Under the pieces are notes generated by a model that saw only the letters and a program-made list of their open reading frames with translations, was not told where the DNA came from and ran no database searches. A DNA stretch of 64,000 nt from contig CM120643.1 in assembly GCA_051362555.1 (NCBI GenBank), forward strand, positions 7,874,001-7,938,000. The letters run 5' to 3'. The position numbers and the translations under genes were made by a program. Positions 25,064 through 37,565 of the stretch are shown here, in pieces. Position 1 is the stretch's first letter; the number at the start of each line of letters is the position of its first letter. Source of the DNA: Lingula anatina. Lineage: Eukaryota > Animalia > Brachiopoda.

Positions 25064-26759
25064 AGAGTATAGACATCAATGGAGGTCACGTGGTCTAAAG
25101 ACAAGTTCAGATATCAGAATAAAAGCTATAACTGCTGTTTTTGTGGTAAAACAGAATATATTATATTTCTACGAGTTATTCACAAGGTTTTTATTGTGAA
25201 ATATAGATCTCATACAAAGAGTTATTATCCCTTTAATGAATTAATGATTTGTTTGAAGCACATGTTTCTATTGAGAGAATTCAAAGTACTTTTTCTAAGT
25301 ATTTCTACACTGCTATAATATAATCCACTTTTAGATGCAATTTTCGTAATCTGTAAATGGTCAGAAGTTCATTGTAAGACAATTTTGTTATTGGCAATCA
25401 AACGTGATTACATGGAAAGCTGATTCCAATTCTGTTAATCTTTAACCTATATTTTTGTACGGTATATAACATTATCAATATAAAAATGTATTGTCATCGG
25501 GATGGTTAAAAATAAAATTGTTTATAGTGAAGGCCCAAAAGGGTATACTGTCTGAAGTTAGATGTCAAACTTTATCCTAAAAACATATATGATATCGAGA
25601 CTTATCTTTTCTTTCATAATTATGACCATACTATCCTATTTACAAAGTAAGAATATGGAATTGATAAAAAAATTGTACAGATAGCAGTCTTTACGGAGGA
25701 AACATCGCGCTAGAGATTAGGTCATTTTTGTTAGCAATGTTGTCTCTAATTTAGAAAATCATGAGCAAATCTGGATGACTTTATCTTTACTTTTCAGAAC
25801 TTATACAAGAAAAAATGAAAAATAAAAAGTTTGAAGCCAATAAGACTAAAAACCAGCTACAACAATTTTTTTAGTGATATTGTCAATACATGGCAAGAAT
25901 ACGTGAAAACGGCATACCCCCCCCCCCCCCACACACACACACACAAGGGAGAAGGGAGGGAGGGTAGCCAAATCCAATGCCCAATGCTTGAAGTTGTACA
26001 ACGGTTAACTGTTTGTCCTAGCTAAATCATCATAAAATAAACGAATCAGATCAAAATTACAATTAAGCTTGGAATGTGCAGACCAGCATAATCAACACCT
26101 GTGGGCTTGGATACAACACTGCTCTTCCCCGTTGCCAACGCTCTCAATTCAGGCCTGCCATTTAAAATGAAAACTGATGTTTTATTGTATAAAATAATAG
26201 GCTACATTTGTAAAACCACACACTTCGTTCGAATAATCTAGCTTTGTTTAATACAGTGCATGAACCCAAAAATTATGCTATAGTATAATCAAAATAAGAT
26301 ATGTACTGGCGGTGCTAACAGCCGTTACATATCAGAACCGTCAATAGGAGTGCTAAGGAGGGTCCAGACTGGGCGTTTCGGAATCGTCGCGACACTTCTG
26401 GAGTCACATGTACAGCGCTAATGGTGCAGTGAGAGTTATACTGCAATATTCCTAGAGACTTATCTGATATCGAATTTTGACTTACGAAATTTAATTCTTT
26501 TAGTTAAAAATCTAAATAAGACATTTAACATCAGACATTAAATTTTTTTTACGACATTAGCTAGTTATAGGTGCATGGATACTGACTACAAAAATATATC
26601 ACCCAGATACGCAGTGATTGTGCGTGTTCAAATGGCCCAGAAAGAAACTTTTAAGTAAATGATATAGTGGCTATAAAGGACGCTGAAAGTGTGTTTTAAG
26701 TAATAAATAGGGCCTACTAAGAAAACTGTGTCACATTGGATGGAATACCAAACATCAGT

Positions 26760-27642
26760 CTGACTCTTTCCATTATTTCTATGGGTGATGTTAAAACCTT
26801 ACTATTAAAAGGTTATTGACGCGGTATTGGTGCCTTGAGCAACAAACCTAACTGTTTTGTTTGAAAATATAGACCCGTATTCACAATGTCGGCTAGGTAA
26901 AATGACACTTTTCTTTAAATAAACTTTTCACGAATTCGCACATGCGCGGATCACTTCATACAACAATAAAGGAGTCACAATTCTCCAGAGCAATACAAAA
27001 GCCAAGGCACCTCCGATTGGTTGGTTGTACTGATATACCAGTAGTTGTATGTGTTGTCCTTGCTGTGCTGGGAAGTGCTTCAACAGAATAACATGTTGTT
27101 GCTACCTCACTATTGTTGAATACGGCGTCCTCTTGGGGCAGTGGTGTTACTTTTTTGTCTTCGGGAATAAATACCAGATAAAGGATGTTACTGCTCTTGT
27201 TTTTAAAAAATGTTGCAGGTTTGATGTACTATGTTCTTTTTTCTTTCTTATTTTTTTACCGGGTTAAGATGCACATCCGCCACGCCATGACCCCTATCTT
27301 TGGTTCACATTTACAGTAAGCCAACTGCGTCAAGTTATATATGTTACATAGGATGTAATGCCAAACAACGGTTTGACTCTTTTTATTATTTCCATGGATG
27401 ATGTTCAAACCGTACTATTAAAAGGCTATTGACGCGGTATTGGTGCCGTGAGCAACAAACCTATCTGTTTTGTCTGAAAAATAGACCCGTATTTACAGTG
27501 TCGGCTCGGTAAAATGACACTTTTCTTTAAATAAACTTTCCACGAATTCGCACATGCGCGGATCACTTCAAACAACAATAAAGGAGTCACAATTCTTCAG
27601 AACAATTTACAAAAGCCAGGGCACCCCGATTGGTTGGTTGTA
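26760..27642. repeat. Direct duplication (~270 bp) of the region upstream of the membrane-protein gene
   Basis: 26760-27028 closely matches 27375-27642; both end in CCGATTGGTTGGTTGTA. Confidence 0.85.
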
Positions 27643-27666
27643 TAAGTTCACTCAAAGAACAGAGAC

Positions 27667-29917
27667 ATGTCGGTAAGTTTGCCGTCTTTTTAACCCAGGT
27701 GTTTACAGTAACTTATTTCAACTCCTGGAGACTTAAGGGTATTGTAATCCTTTATCATCATCCAGATATCGAAAATGAGGTTTTCCTGCATTTAATCATT
27801 TAATAATGCCTCGATCTTTGTGCTGATCTAAAACAATGAAAAAACCTTCGAAAATTAAAAATATCGGCGTTTATATTTCTCTTTGCAATGTACATAGGCA
27901 CATGGGCAAGCCAAAACTTTAATCGTCTATTCAACACCTTTCTATTTTGAGGTGAGATAGCAATCGGTATGGGGAATGACTTTATCATCGACCAAGATTT
28001 TATCACGAAAAATGGCAGAGTTGACCGAGTGTGTAGGGTCTACAATCTAGTGTCGTCATTTTTGTTTAAATGTTACTATAATGGTGTTTTGAGCCCCTAA
28101 TTACAGATTTTCATTAAACAAAGGCATTATTTTGCTTTATTAACGTTAAAATCTTAACTAAGACGTCTAAGAAAAATCACTGGCAGGTTTTGGAGTAGTA
28201 AATGGTGTAATGAAATAGGCGTTGAAACGGTGATCGCGGATGTTGGTGTAAAGTAGAAATTTGAGAAACCGATTTTTCAGTTGTTACCCCAAAATCGCAA
28301 TTATGACGTCACCCGTTTGGTTATTTAGTTTTATATATCCTTTCGCTTCAAGGAAATGTTTTTCTGCAATGCTTTATTCCAGTGAAAAGCGTGTTTCCAT
28401 ATTAGAACATTTTGATTTGTTTAGAAATACAAAATCATTGAGGCTTACATTTTGCTAGTGCTAAGTGTCCAAAAATCTATTGATTTTACATTCTCTTGCA
28501 AGGAGTTCACATTTTGGATGTTATTCACGTCCCTATAGTTAAAGAGATCCAATGCTACATTTTCCAGCCCTTTTCTTTGAACCATTATAGATGTTTTGGC
28601 ACAGCATTGTTCACAAATTTAATTATTTTGATATTTCACGAAAAACCATACATAAAAACCAGTAAATTCCCTCGGGAAGCAAAACAAATGGAGCTTCACG
28701 CGCTAATGTGCTGCAACAGAGAGTTAACAACACATGGTTTGCCCTACTTAATTTCACCTTTATTAAGGGCAGGTTCATATTTCCCTATAACATCCATTGG
28801 TTCATTTTACTCTCTTTTTTTTTTGTTTTAGGCAGCTCGAAGGCAAGTTCCCGGGGTATATGGATGGGACAATAACGGGCTTGAATCTGACAACCATGGG
28901 CATTTTGGAAGAGAACAAGATATTGAAATGAGAAACACTGGGCAGAGTGACGTCATAACCGAACCCCCATCAGCAGACAAGCCGGTCATAGAAGGAAAAC
29001 CTGGGACAAGAAAATGGTATGCAAACATACATAGGTTCAATGCCGAACATTTGCGACAGAAGAAAGAGAAGAAAAAGAGTGAGAGAAAGCCCAAGACGAA
29101 AAAGAGGCTCTGTTGGGACGTGTTTGTGCGTATCCTATCTATTGGTTTTACAGTCTGGGATTTATACGCAGACTGGAGTTTCTATGTGGAGCCGAAGAGT
29201 GATGAATGCAAAAGTTCCGAAGACGCGTGGCTCGGCCTAACAATACTGGCCTCCGTTCTTGCCTGCTTGCAACTTTTGCACTTTATAAACGATACTGTCA
29301 TAGACATACGTCAAATCAGGTCTAATAGCATGGACGTTAAAGGGATATTCGGCAAATTCAGGCTGAAAAAACCATTTGAGATATTGACACTGTTCCTTTC
29401 GAAAATACCGCAAGGAATTTTACCGTTAGTATTTCATTGCTTCTGCAGTGGGGAACCGGATGGAGTCGACACAATTAAACTGCTGACTAAGTTGGCAAAA
29501 TCATCAGCAGTCACCGATTTTTTCTCCGTATTTGTTCGAAGCCTAGAAACGGATGCTGGGATTTGGTTTAATTGCAACCCCTGCTGTAGAAAACCATACT
29601 ATAAAATAGAGAATAGCGGTTGCTATCGCATGGTAACAATAAGAAAGACGGGTGAAGTTGTATTTTGTCAGTGTTGCTATATTTGCTGCCTATATGAAAT
29701 GATCCCAAACCACGGATGCTACTGTTCCACATGCTTCGTCAAATGTGAAGACCGCTGCACATGCGAAAGAGATTGGTGCAAACGTACTGCGCCTACCGAC
29801 TGGAACTGGTGGGAGACGTTGGTCTCTTGGATAAACCGTTTTTTCTACTTGGGGAGCTTGGCCATTGTTGCTCTGCGTGTCCTTGTTGATTTGAGTTCTT
29901 TTACTTGTTCAAAGTAA
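27667..29917 (+). CDS. Cys-rich multipass membrane protein with XK-related-like motifs; exons 27667-27672 and 28832-29917
   Basis: ATG TCG|GTAAGT micro-exon joins in phase 0 to ttttag|GCAGCTCGA, in frame with the 329-aa ORF. Hydrophobic helices with WDLYADW and SKIPQ, and a long Cys-rich segment before the last helix. The first exon and the family are inferred. Confidence 0.75.
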
Positions 29918-30701
29918 TTTTAGATTGACACTCACCAACAGTGTATCAGAAATCATGACTCAACCCCCCCCCCCCTTTCAAAAGCTGTAATTTCCTAGGA
30001 GAAATGAAACCGAGCGACAGTTTGACAAGTTATATATGAACAATTCTATGTTGAAAGAAAAGACTTACATACAGTGACAGGCAAACTCTTACCAATTCCA
30101 GAATTGAATAGGCCACCAGAGCCTTATTTTCATATATACCGCGAATTTTGCGACATAATTGCGCAACTGTGAAATTTAATTTTATTGTTATTATAATGTT
30201 CTTAGCATTCTATGTACAACTTCAGCCCTCTGGGTTGCAATCTTAATAAATTACTATAATATTATCTGTGCATGTTATATCGGTGACTACAAACAAAAAC
30301 AAAGCAGAAAACCATGCTGACAGCTATAGTCATGTTGTGCAATTTCTAATAGGTCTAGCGAAATTCAAATTTCACTTTTGTGGCAATATAACACAATACG
30401 ATATATAAAATACGATATATAAAATCCGACCACAATCTTCACGAAATAATCAGCAAGTCTCACGTCTTAATCTTGGACTCGTAGTTCTTTAAGACAATCG
30501 CCAGACGGCAGCACTGGTTAAGCAATGTAACAAAGGTTGTCGTGTCATGTACCAGTAAAAGGAATTCTGCCGTTTTCCAGCCTCGTTGTGTCAACATACA
30601 CTACAAAATAAAATATATGGCCGTATTTAAAAATAAGATTAACACTGAAGAATTTTTTTCATCAATTTGTCGCTGTAATTAACAGATGTAGCCAGTGATT
30701 G

Positions 30702-31389
30702 CAGGCCCTTAGCCAGTAATTTCAAAAGGGGGTCTGAAAAAGTGGAAAAGCTGACCTTTTACCATGAAACCTCGGTACTTTTGTAGTATACCCCCCACCC
30801 TGTAACTTCTTGTTCACATGAAATCATTTTCACATGATAGGAATGATAAGATCAAAATTCAGGCAAGTCATGTAGCCTTAGAGTTAGCCAATGAAAACGC
30901 GGTACGTTATTGACTGCAAGGGCGCATTCCCATAGATTTTAGATCGATCTATCCCCGTGGGGAGTCTCACTAGATTACTGTCAGATAATCCGGCTTAAAT
31001 GTCTACAAGCTGTAAGGGGGTAATTAACTTTCGTGCCCGCTCGGCTGACAGCTAATTAGCGTGAACCCCCAAGGAGTTAGGTCGATCTAGTTCGATCGAT
31101 CTAATCTCTGGGAATGGGGTCCAAGATGCATGGTAGATTTTCACATTGATTTTCAATGGGCTGGATTAAACGTGGTGAAAACTCGAAAAAGACCACAGGT
31201 AACTACAAAAGTATTTTATTTAAACAGCTTTGACATACATGAATAAGAAAATGTTAAAAGAACTATTAAAAACTGTTTGAAAAGTGAAAGTTACAGGGTG
31301 TGCCTAGATGACATTTTGCCCAGAAGCCACCTTTTCCCAGCGAAAAGGGGGATTCTTTCGAGACCCCGAACTCCCCTGGCTACGGCCTG
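30702..31389. mobile_element. Three-level nested MITE cluster
   Basis: Outer CAGGCCCTTAGCCAG...CTGGCTACGGCCTG (flanks TGATTG/TGATTA). Middle CGGTACTTTTGTAGTATA family (~30774-31300). Inner caa|GGGCGCATTCCCATAGATT...AATCTCTGGGAATGGGGTC|caa (30920-31121). Confidence 0.75.
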
Positions 31390-32360
31390 TGATTATACAT
31401 ACCGGATATCTGTATGCCATATTTAGGTTATAATCATTTGTAAAATATGAAGTTTAAATAAGATATGTAAGTAACGTTATAGCATTTTGATGCTATAATC
31501 AGGCCTATCCAACTACCAGACTCGGCACCGAATGATCCTGAATTCACCGGTATATCAGACCACACTACCCGTTTTCAAGGTGTGTGTCAGATCGCATTAC
31601 ACAGTATCATACCCCGAACAAATTTTGAGTGGTGATACTTTTCAACCCCGCTGAGAATCGTCACTATCACATCGTGTACTAGGCAAGAGCGGTGTCGCGT
31701 CTGATATGTGCTTTGGACTCACTAAAAAGAGTGAGGGAGATAAAATGTTATGATTATTAATCTACACAAAGTACATTCAATCTTTATCACTAATCTGTGT
31801 CACTTCTTTTTATTAATAGGTCTTTCAATAAACGCGGCAGTCATCGGCCAAATTTAGGACATTATACTCGAGTTTGTTCTATTCTTTTAACTGGCATGTC
31901 AAGGAGACTTCAATTACATTGAAAACGCATCTATAGAGGTTAACCATGAATGATAAAAATGCCCAAGCTTTTGGCTTGTGAACCTTCTTCAGGTACCAAA
32001 ACAACAATAAACAAGCTAACTACTGAGATACGTGACGTATGCTACATGTAAAAGGGGACGCGAAGCTGAAGATTATGTAACATTAAAACAAGAATAATAT
32101 TCGTTGGCATACCCATTGTTGCCATTTAGTACTTTTAAAAAAGTGTCTAACATTTTTATGAACTTCTGCTCGACAGCCTATCTTAGTCTTCTGTCGCGTT
32201 CATTGTCAGGGACCACAGTATTGAAATAATGTATTTAGTACTTTTAAAACTTTCATACATGATATAGTATTAATTCAATTAGTGGAAGCCTTTGTTTGAT
32301 AAAATTCACACACAGGAAGCTAAGATGTATTAGAATCTTTAGATAATATTTCACACCTAG

Positions 32361-32886
32361 CAGGGGCGAATCCAGGATTATTTGCAGGGGCGTAGCCTGA
32401 GCAAAATGCCAGGGGGGCAGTAAGCGGACACGAGGGGGCTAAGCCCCCGAGGGGGGAGGGTGTGGGAGGGGGTTGTGGAAAATTTTTAAAAACTGTATGT
32501 ATAATACTGCATTCTGGTGCATTTTCACAGAAAATGATACCAACTTTGCAATTTTTACCTTTGCGATTATTTTTTTTTTTGCACCTCAAATCCCAGGGGG
32601 GGGGGGGCAGCTGCCCCCCTGCCCCCCCGGAGGCTACGGCCCTGATTTGAAGGGGGAGGGTCCGTGGATGCAAAGCCGCACCCCCTTGGCGTGGAGTTCG
32701 GTGCCCGATGAAGGGCTCCTTTAAATTCTGCTGTTTTAGAGGACCAGAGATGCCATTTGGTACGGTTTAGAACTAGGATTCAGCTAGTCAAAATTATCAA
32801 TACAAAAGGGAACCATTGGTGTGATTTTTTTAGAAATCGGAGGGGGTGGGTTAGGACTCCCCATGACCCCCCTAAATCCGCCAATG
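32361..32886. mobile_element. Two nested CAGGGGCG-type MITEs, each with a 5-bp TSD
   Basis: Outer cctag|CAGGGGCGAAT...ATCCGCCAATG|cctag. Inner atttg|CAGGGGCGTAGCC...GGCTACGGCCCTG|atttg (32385-32644). Confidence 0.8.
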
Positions 32887-33396
32887 CCTAGCAGTTTAAA
32901 TAATGTCCTTACTTTCAAGCAAGTAATCAGTTAGAGCTTGATTACCTGACGTTTTTTTGGGTTGCCCACCATGAGGGAGGGGGGGGGGGGGCTTGTGTTT
33001 GGGTAATCAATCAGTTCTAAGTTATTGACAATTGACGATTGACAATTTAATTGATAAAGGTAAGCATATAAATCTGTGGACTAAAATCCTTAGAAGGGAT
33101 TGCGGAAACTAGTGAACTGGCAAGACTAGCAGGAGAGAGAGGACTGGATTGAAGTTTGGATTTGACCATGCTTGTACCGTGTAACTTTTAGTTTAGCCAA
33201 CTTTATTCTGTTAAAGTTACAACATGGAGTCGTTTCATTCTTTACCGCGTGCAGAGTATAAGGCAGAACTTGGGAATTTCTGAAGCAGTACTCACATGAA
33301 CACAGCAGCAGCCAACAACATAGTTATTACAACGCATAATTCGAATATTGCAAAACTCTCTTACGTTTTTTTTTTTTGCAGGGGTATTAATGAATA

Positions 33397-33540
33397 TCTC
33401 CTTAAGACGGAAAAAAATCCCATGCCGTGTACAAGAAATATGATTATCCGTCTTATAGCATTATGTATACAGATGACAGTCTGTTAGATTCATTAAAATG
33501 TATGACCATTAACGGATCAGTCTTTACTGAATATAAATGA

Positions 33541-33589
<49 letters not shown>

Positions 33590-34424
33590 AATCGTGCTAA
33601 TGGTCGCTGAATATTTAAAGAAATCGTTGTAGCTATAGTAACGTCCATTTGCAGTCAGATGGCAATTGGCGGTTATTTGAAACTTTTCAGTGAGTCCGCG
33701 TCACGAAGTAGCGCCGTTTCTGGACATCTGCCATGGCTTACGTGAAAAACCGTACCTTGCAAATAAAATTCTTTTAAAAACAAACCAGGGCGTTTTGAGT
33801 TGTGATTTTGTAAAGATAATAAGAAAAGACCATGCTCTTACTCACTCAATTATGGTTCATGATAACGTTTGTAAAGCAGGCCTTCTAAAGTAAAACGCAA
33901 TTCATGATGTTTAGTTCAACTATCATTGAATATACCATGGGTTTACAATGTACCGGTATGATGTAATACCACTACACGTGCCTCAGCGTATTCTAAAATT
34001 GCTCAGTTAGCTCTTTTCTTCATCGTTATTAATTTCATTGCAATTTTTGTCAGCTTCTTTATTTCTCGTTATTTCAGAATTCACAGACGAGGAGCTTTTC
34101 TGCCTGTATGTGCCAATATGTTTTCTGGCATACTTAACCTGTTCATGGCAGATTGAATGAGAGGAAACTGTTTTCTTATTTTATCTGTACCGCAAGCTTC
34201 TCAACAATGATCAAACCACAAATTAGTGATACTTTTTTGTTACACATACAAATAGGAGCCTGGAAACGATATATTAAAAAGGACTTTAGATTTATGCATT
34301 TCTGAGTTTTGTTTAACTGAAATCGAACTTTACCTTCAATGCATGATAGTTTTTTATTCTGAGTGCAACTCGCCAATTTAAGATTGTAAGTGTATCTTTG
34401 CCCTTTAGTTTCTCCTCTAATCAG

Positions 34425-34492
<68 letters not shown>

Positions 34493-36060
34493 GTATATAT
34501 ATATATATTGAATTAAAAAATATTGAATTGTTCAAAAAGTAATATAAGTGAATTCTACGGTCACGACACACTTTTACTAACAGAAATATGTTTGAGATAT
34601 ATAGATATGTGCCCTGATACAAATAAAGTGTCATTGCCAGAACGTGTACTGTTCATTCAATAATAATACAAAATTCCATGTTGGCTTTTTTGCAGTGCTT
34701 CTCTGGGGGTTCATTTACTAGAATCCAAATTTATTTAATAGAATTTAAACATAAAATACAAGTTAAACAAAAAGGATTGTCTGATTTATGTACATGTGAA
34801 AGCATAAGTCAGGCGAGGCGCATTAGATGAGACGAGTTCACAGAGATAGTGTACCTAAGCTGTAAAAAGCAGCGTGGGTATAACCATTGAGTTTAAAGAG
34901 AATCTATGCTTTTATGGGTAACAAGTGGTATTTTTGTAGATCACTTTGCTAATTGTAACTGTCGCCAGGTGTGCGAGAAAGGTACCACAGACGATGTTTG
35001 ACTTTTAGTATTGTGGGTGCCCTTTTTTTCAATAAAAGGCAAAATAAAAAGCCGGCAAATTAACCTGTTACGTGTCTGTCTGTTACATGTTCCAATGCAT
35101 GTACAGTGAAGGTGGCCCATATGTACATAGTAGTGCATCTTTTGCCGTTAAAGTTGTATATTATGATACGTTTGAGGCACATATATTGTCTGCTTTCTAT
35201 CACCAAGAAAGCATAGCCCAAGAAGTTATAAAGAGATAACTTCTTGCATAGCCTTAGCTTCTCATACATTCTAGCGCATGCGCAGAAAGGCTCTTAGTTT
35301 TTCTCGAATGGCGTCAGTGGTCAGGCAAAATAAGCAGAAGTGCTGGTCGCTGTCACCAAACTCCTGTGAAGAGAAAGGAGAATTACATGTATATAACTTA
35401 AAGTAATATTGGTGCTAGTAAACCATATAAAATAAACGTCATTGACTCAAAAAATTTCAAAAACTTCACAGTGCACTGACATATTCTATTTGTACTATGT
35501 AAAACTCGTAGAAGCCTACATGTAGGCCAATTTGGAAGTCATTTTGGGGACTTCAAGATGCTTTAAATAATTAAAGTGCTGATATACAGGTACATGTACC
35601 CCAATAGTTGGAATTATCCTCCCAACGTGTGTATTTAGCCTATAAACATTCGTTTTCCATCGTTCTAATTTGGTTTAGGACCTCTTCACGTACTAAAAAA
35701 AAGCAGTAAACCGAAATATGTAAGTACCAAAATATGTAAAAAAAAAAAAAATTATAATAATAGTCATAATAAACATTTTATAAAGAAAATGTTGAAAGAC
35801 GCACCTGAAGTATAATAATCAACGCTGACATATCCGAAGGCTGATACACTCCTGTGGCAAGGAAGAAACGGATGGTGCCCCATAAGCATGTACAGGCTAT
35901 GAGGCATGAGAACCGATTTCATGCATCAGTTCTGTTTAGCCCGTGGCCATGGGCTTCACATGAATATGATAGAATAAACTGCTATACCGCTTTGCAATGT
36001 GGACCACAAATATAAATTTACGTGCGCCTGAATTCATTGGAGTCTCTAATAAGACTAGTT
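33397..36060 (+). mobile_element. Helitron-like non-autonomous repeat, copy A (part replaced by unrelated sequence at ~33650-34660)
   Basis: Starts a|TCTCCTTAAGACGG and is homologous to 43981-47280. It has a GCCCGTGGCCATGGGC hairpin and CTAG|T near the 3' end. Confidence 0.6.
34428..34508. repeat. (TA)n microsatellite; others at 14786-14814 (CT), 20276-20332 (CT/GT), 49908-49947 (TAT), 51098-51147 (CA/GA), 58805-58851 (TA)
   Basis: Seen directly in the sequence. Confidence 0.95.
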
Positions 36061-36879
36061 GGCTGTAATCATTCTGTTTGATAACAAAACAGAAAATATA
36101 ATTGTGGACTGAAATATATAATTTTATTGACAATTGTTATTACTCAAAGTGCGAACTAGAAATAATGACACACACGCGCGCGCGCGTGATATTCATCTTT
36201 TAAATCAGAAAGCTGCTGTGGGGAATCTCAGGATCTCACTGATCGGTGTGCGGAAGTGATTGTTCAGAGTTGATGCTTCACCTTTTAAGATAGTAAAAGC
36301 GACATATTACATATGTGCTTTTAATTTCATAATGGTTATAAAGTTTTTCAAATGTTTGAAGGGATAACAACTGTTTGTATGAGATTCATATTTCACGATA
36401 AATACACTGTAGACAAATTACAGAAATGAAATAAATTCCATTACACCACAAAATCATTGGTTATCGCAATTATTATGGAATCTGTGATTGCCATCAGACC
36501 ACGCGGACCTTCATAGATGGCTATAACTCCGTATTAATATCTTAAGAGAATTTTACAAAATAAAAAAACACATTTGTTTTAGTGAAAACACTGAACTAAG
36601 TTTGAATGTCGGAATGAATTCATTAACCATGGATATGTATGGCAAAAACGTCGTTTACCCAGCAAAAGAAGTTTTTTGACCGATCGGTATTTGAATTCAT
36701 GACATGAGACTCCAAAATGTACAGTTGTTATCCATTTAACTTTAGCCCACGGATGTTTATTTGATGAAAAAAACTATTATCAGATTATTTAAGATAATGC
36801 GGCTACAATGAATACACAGGGTATTCAAGTTACGGTACACGTACATATACATTTAAATATGGAAAATATATATGTACCA

Positions 36880-37400
36880 ATAGAAGAGTATGTGCAATAG
36901 TCACTGACAAAAATCTACGAAATACCAGACTAATTGAAAGGATTCTTTGAAAAAACAAAATTATCCTAGGTCACTTATAAAAAGGCAAAAATATTAACTA
37001 TAGGAGAACTGCCAACGCCGAGAACAAAAGATAGAGAAAACGCTATCCCCTTTGTCAACGCTCATGATCCAGATGTAACAAACATTTTCCATATGATAAA
37101 GACCAATACTTCTCTCCTGATGGCAAGTAACAAATCGAAAACTAGCTAGTGAGTGAAAAAATGATAACAGATAACTAGAGACAACCCAAAAATCTAAATA
37201 AAAAAAATTAACAAGGGCAAAAGTTGACTTTAACACACTAACAATATTCACAGTTAGTACATGTGGAGACTCACGTTGCTGCAATTCTAATTACCTACAA
37301 ACAGACAACATTAGAACTTTCAATAATGGAAAGACTTTCAAAGTCAATGCCAACATGACTGGTAAATCTAGAAATTTAATTTAATATGTCACATCCTCTC
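36880..37400 (+). mobile_element. Penelope-like retroelement fragment (RT thumb to GIY-YIG linker)
   Basis: Degenerate translation RRVCAIVTD...KKQNYP...AIPFVNAHDP...RQPKNL...LTRAK...CGDSRC...FNNGKTFKVNANMTGKSRNLI. Confidence 0.75.
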
Positions 37401-37565
37401 AATGACTCATCGTCTATCAGTTGATTGTTCATCCACGTGGCCTACAATTTCAACTCTGAATATGTGGGCTAAGATAAACCCATAATATTACTTTGCGATT
37501 TTCATTCTGCGATTTTGATGGATTTTCCTATAGGGCCTATTCTGGAATCTGTGCTTGTCATCCGC

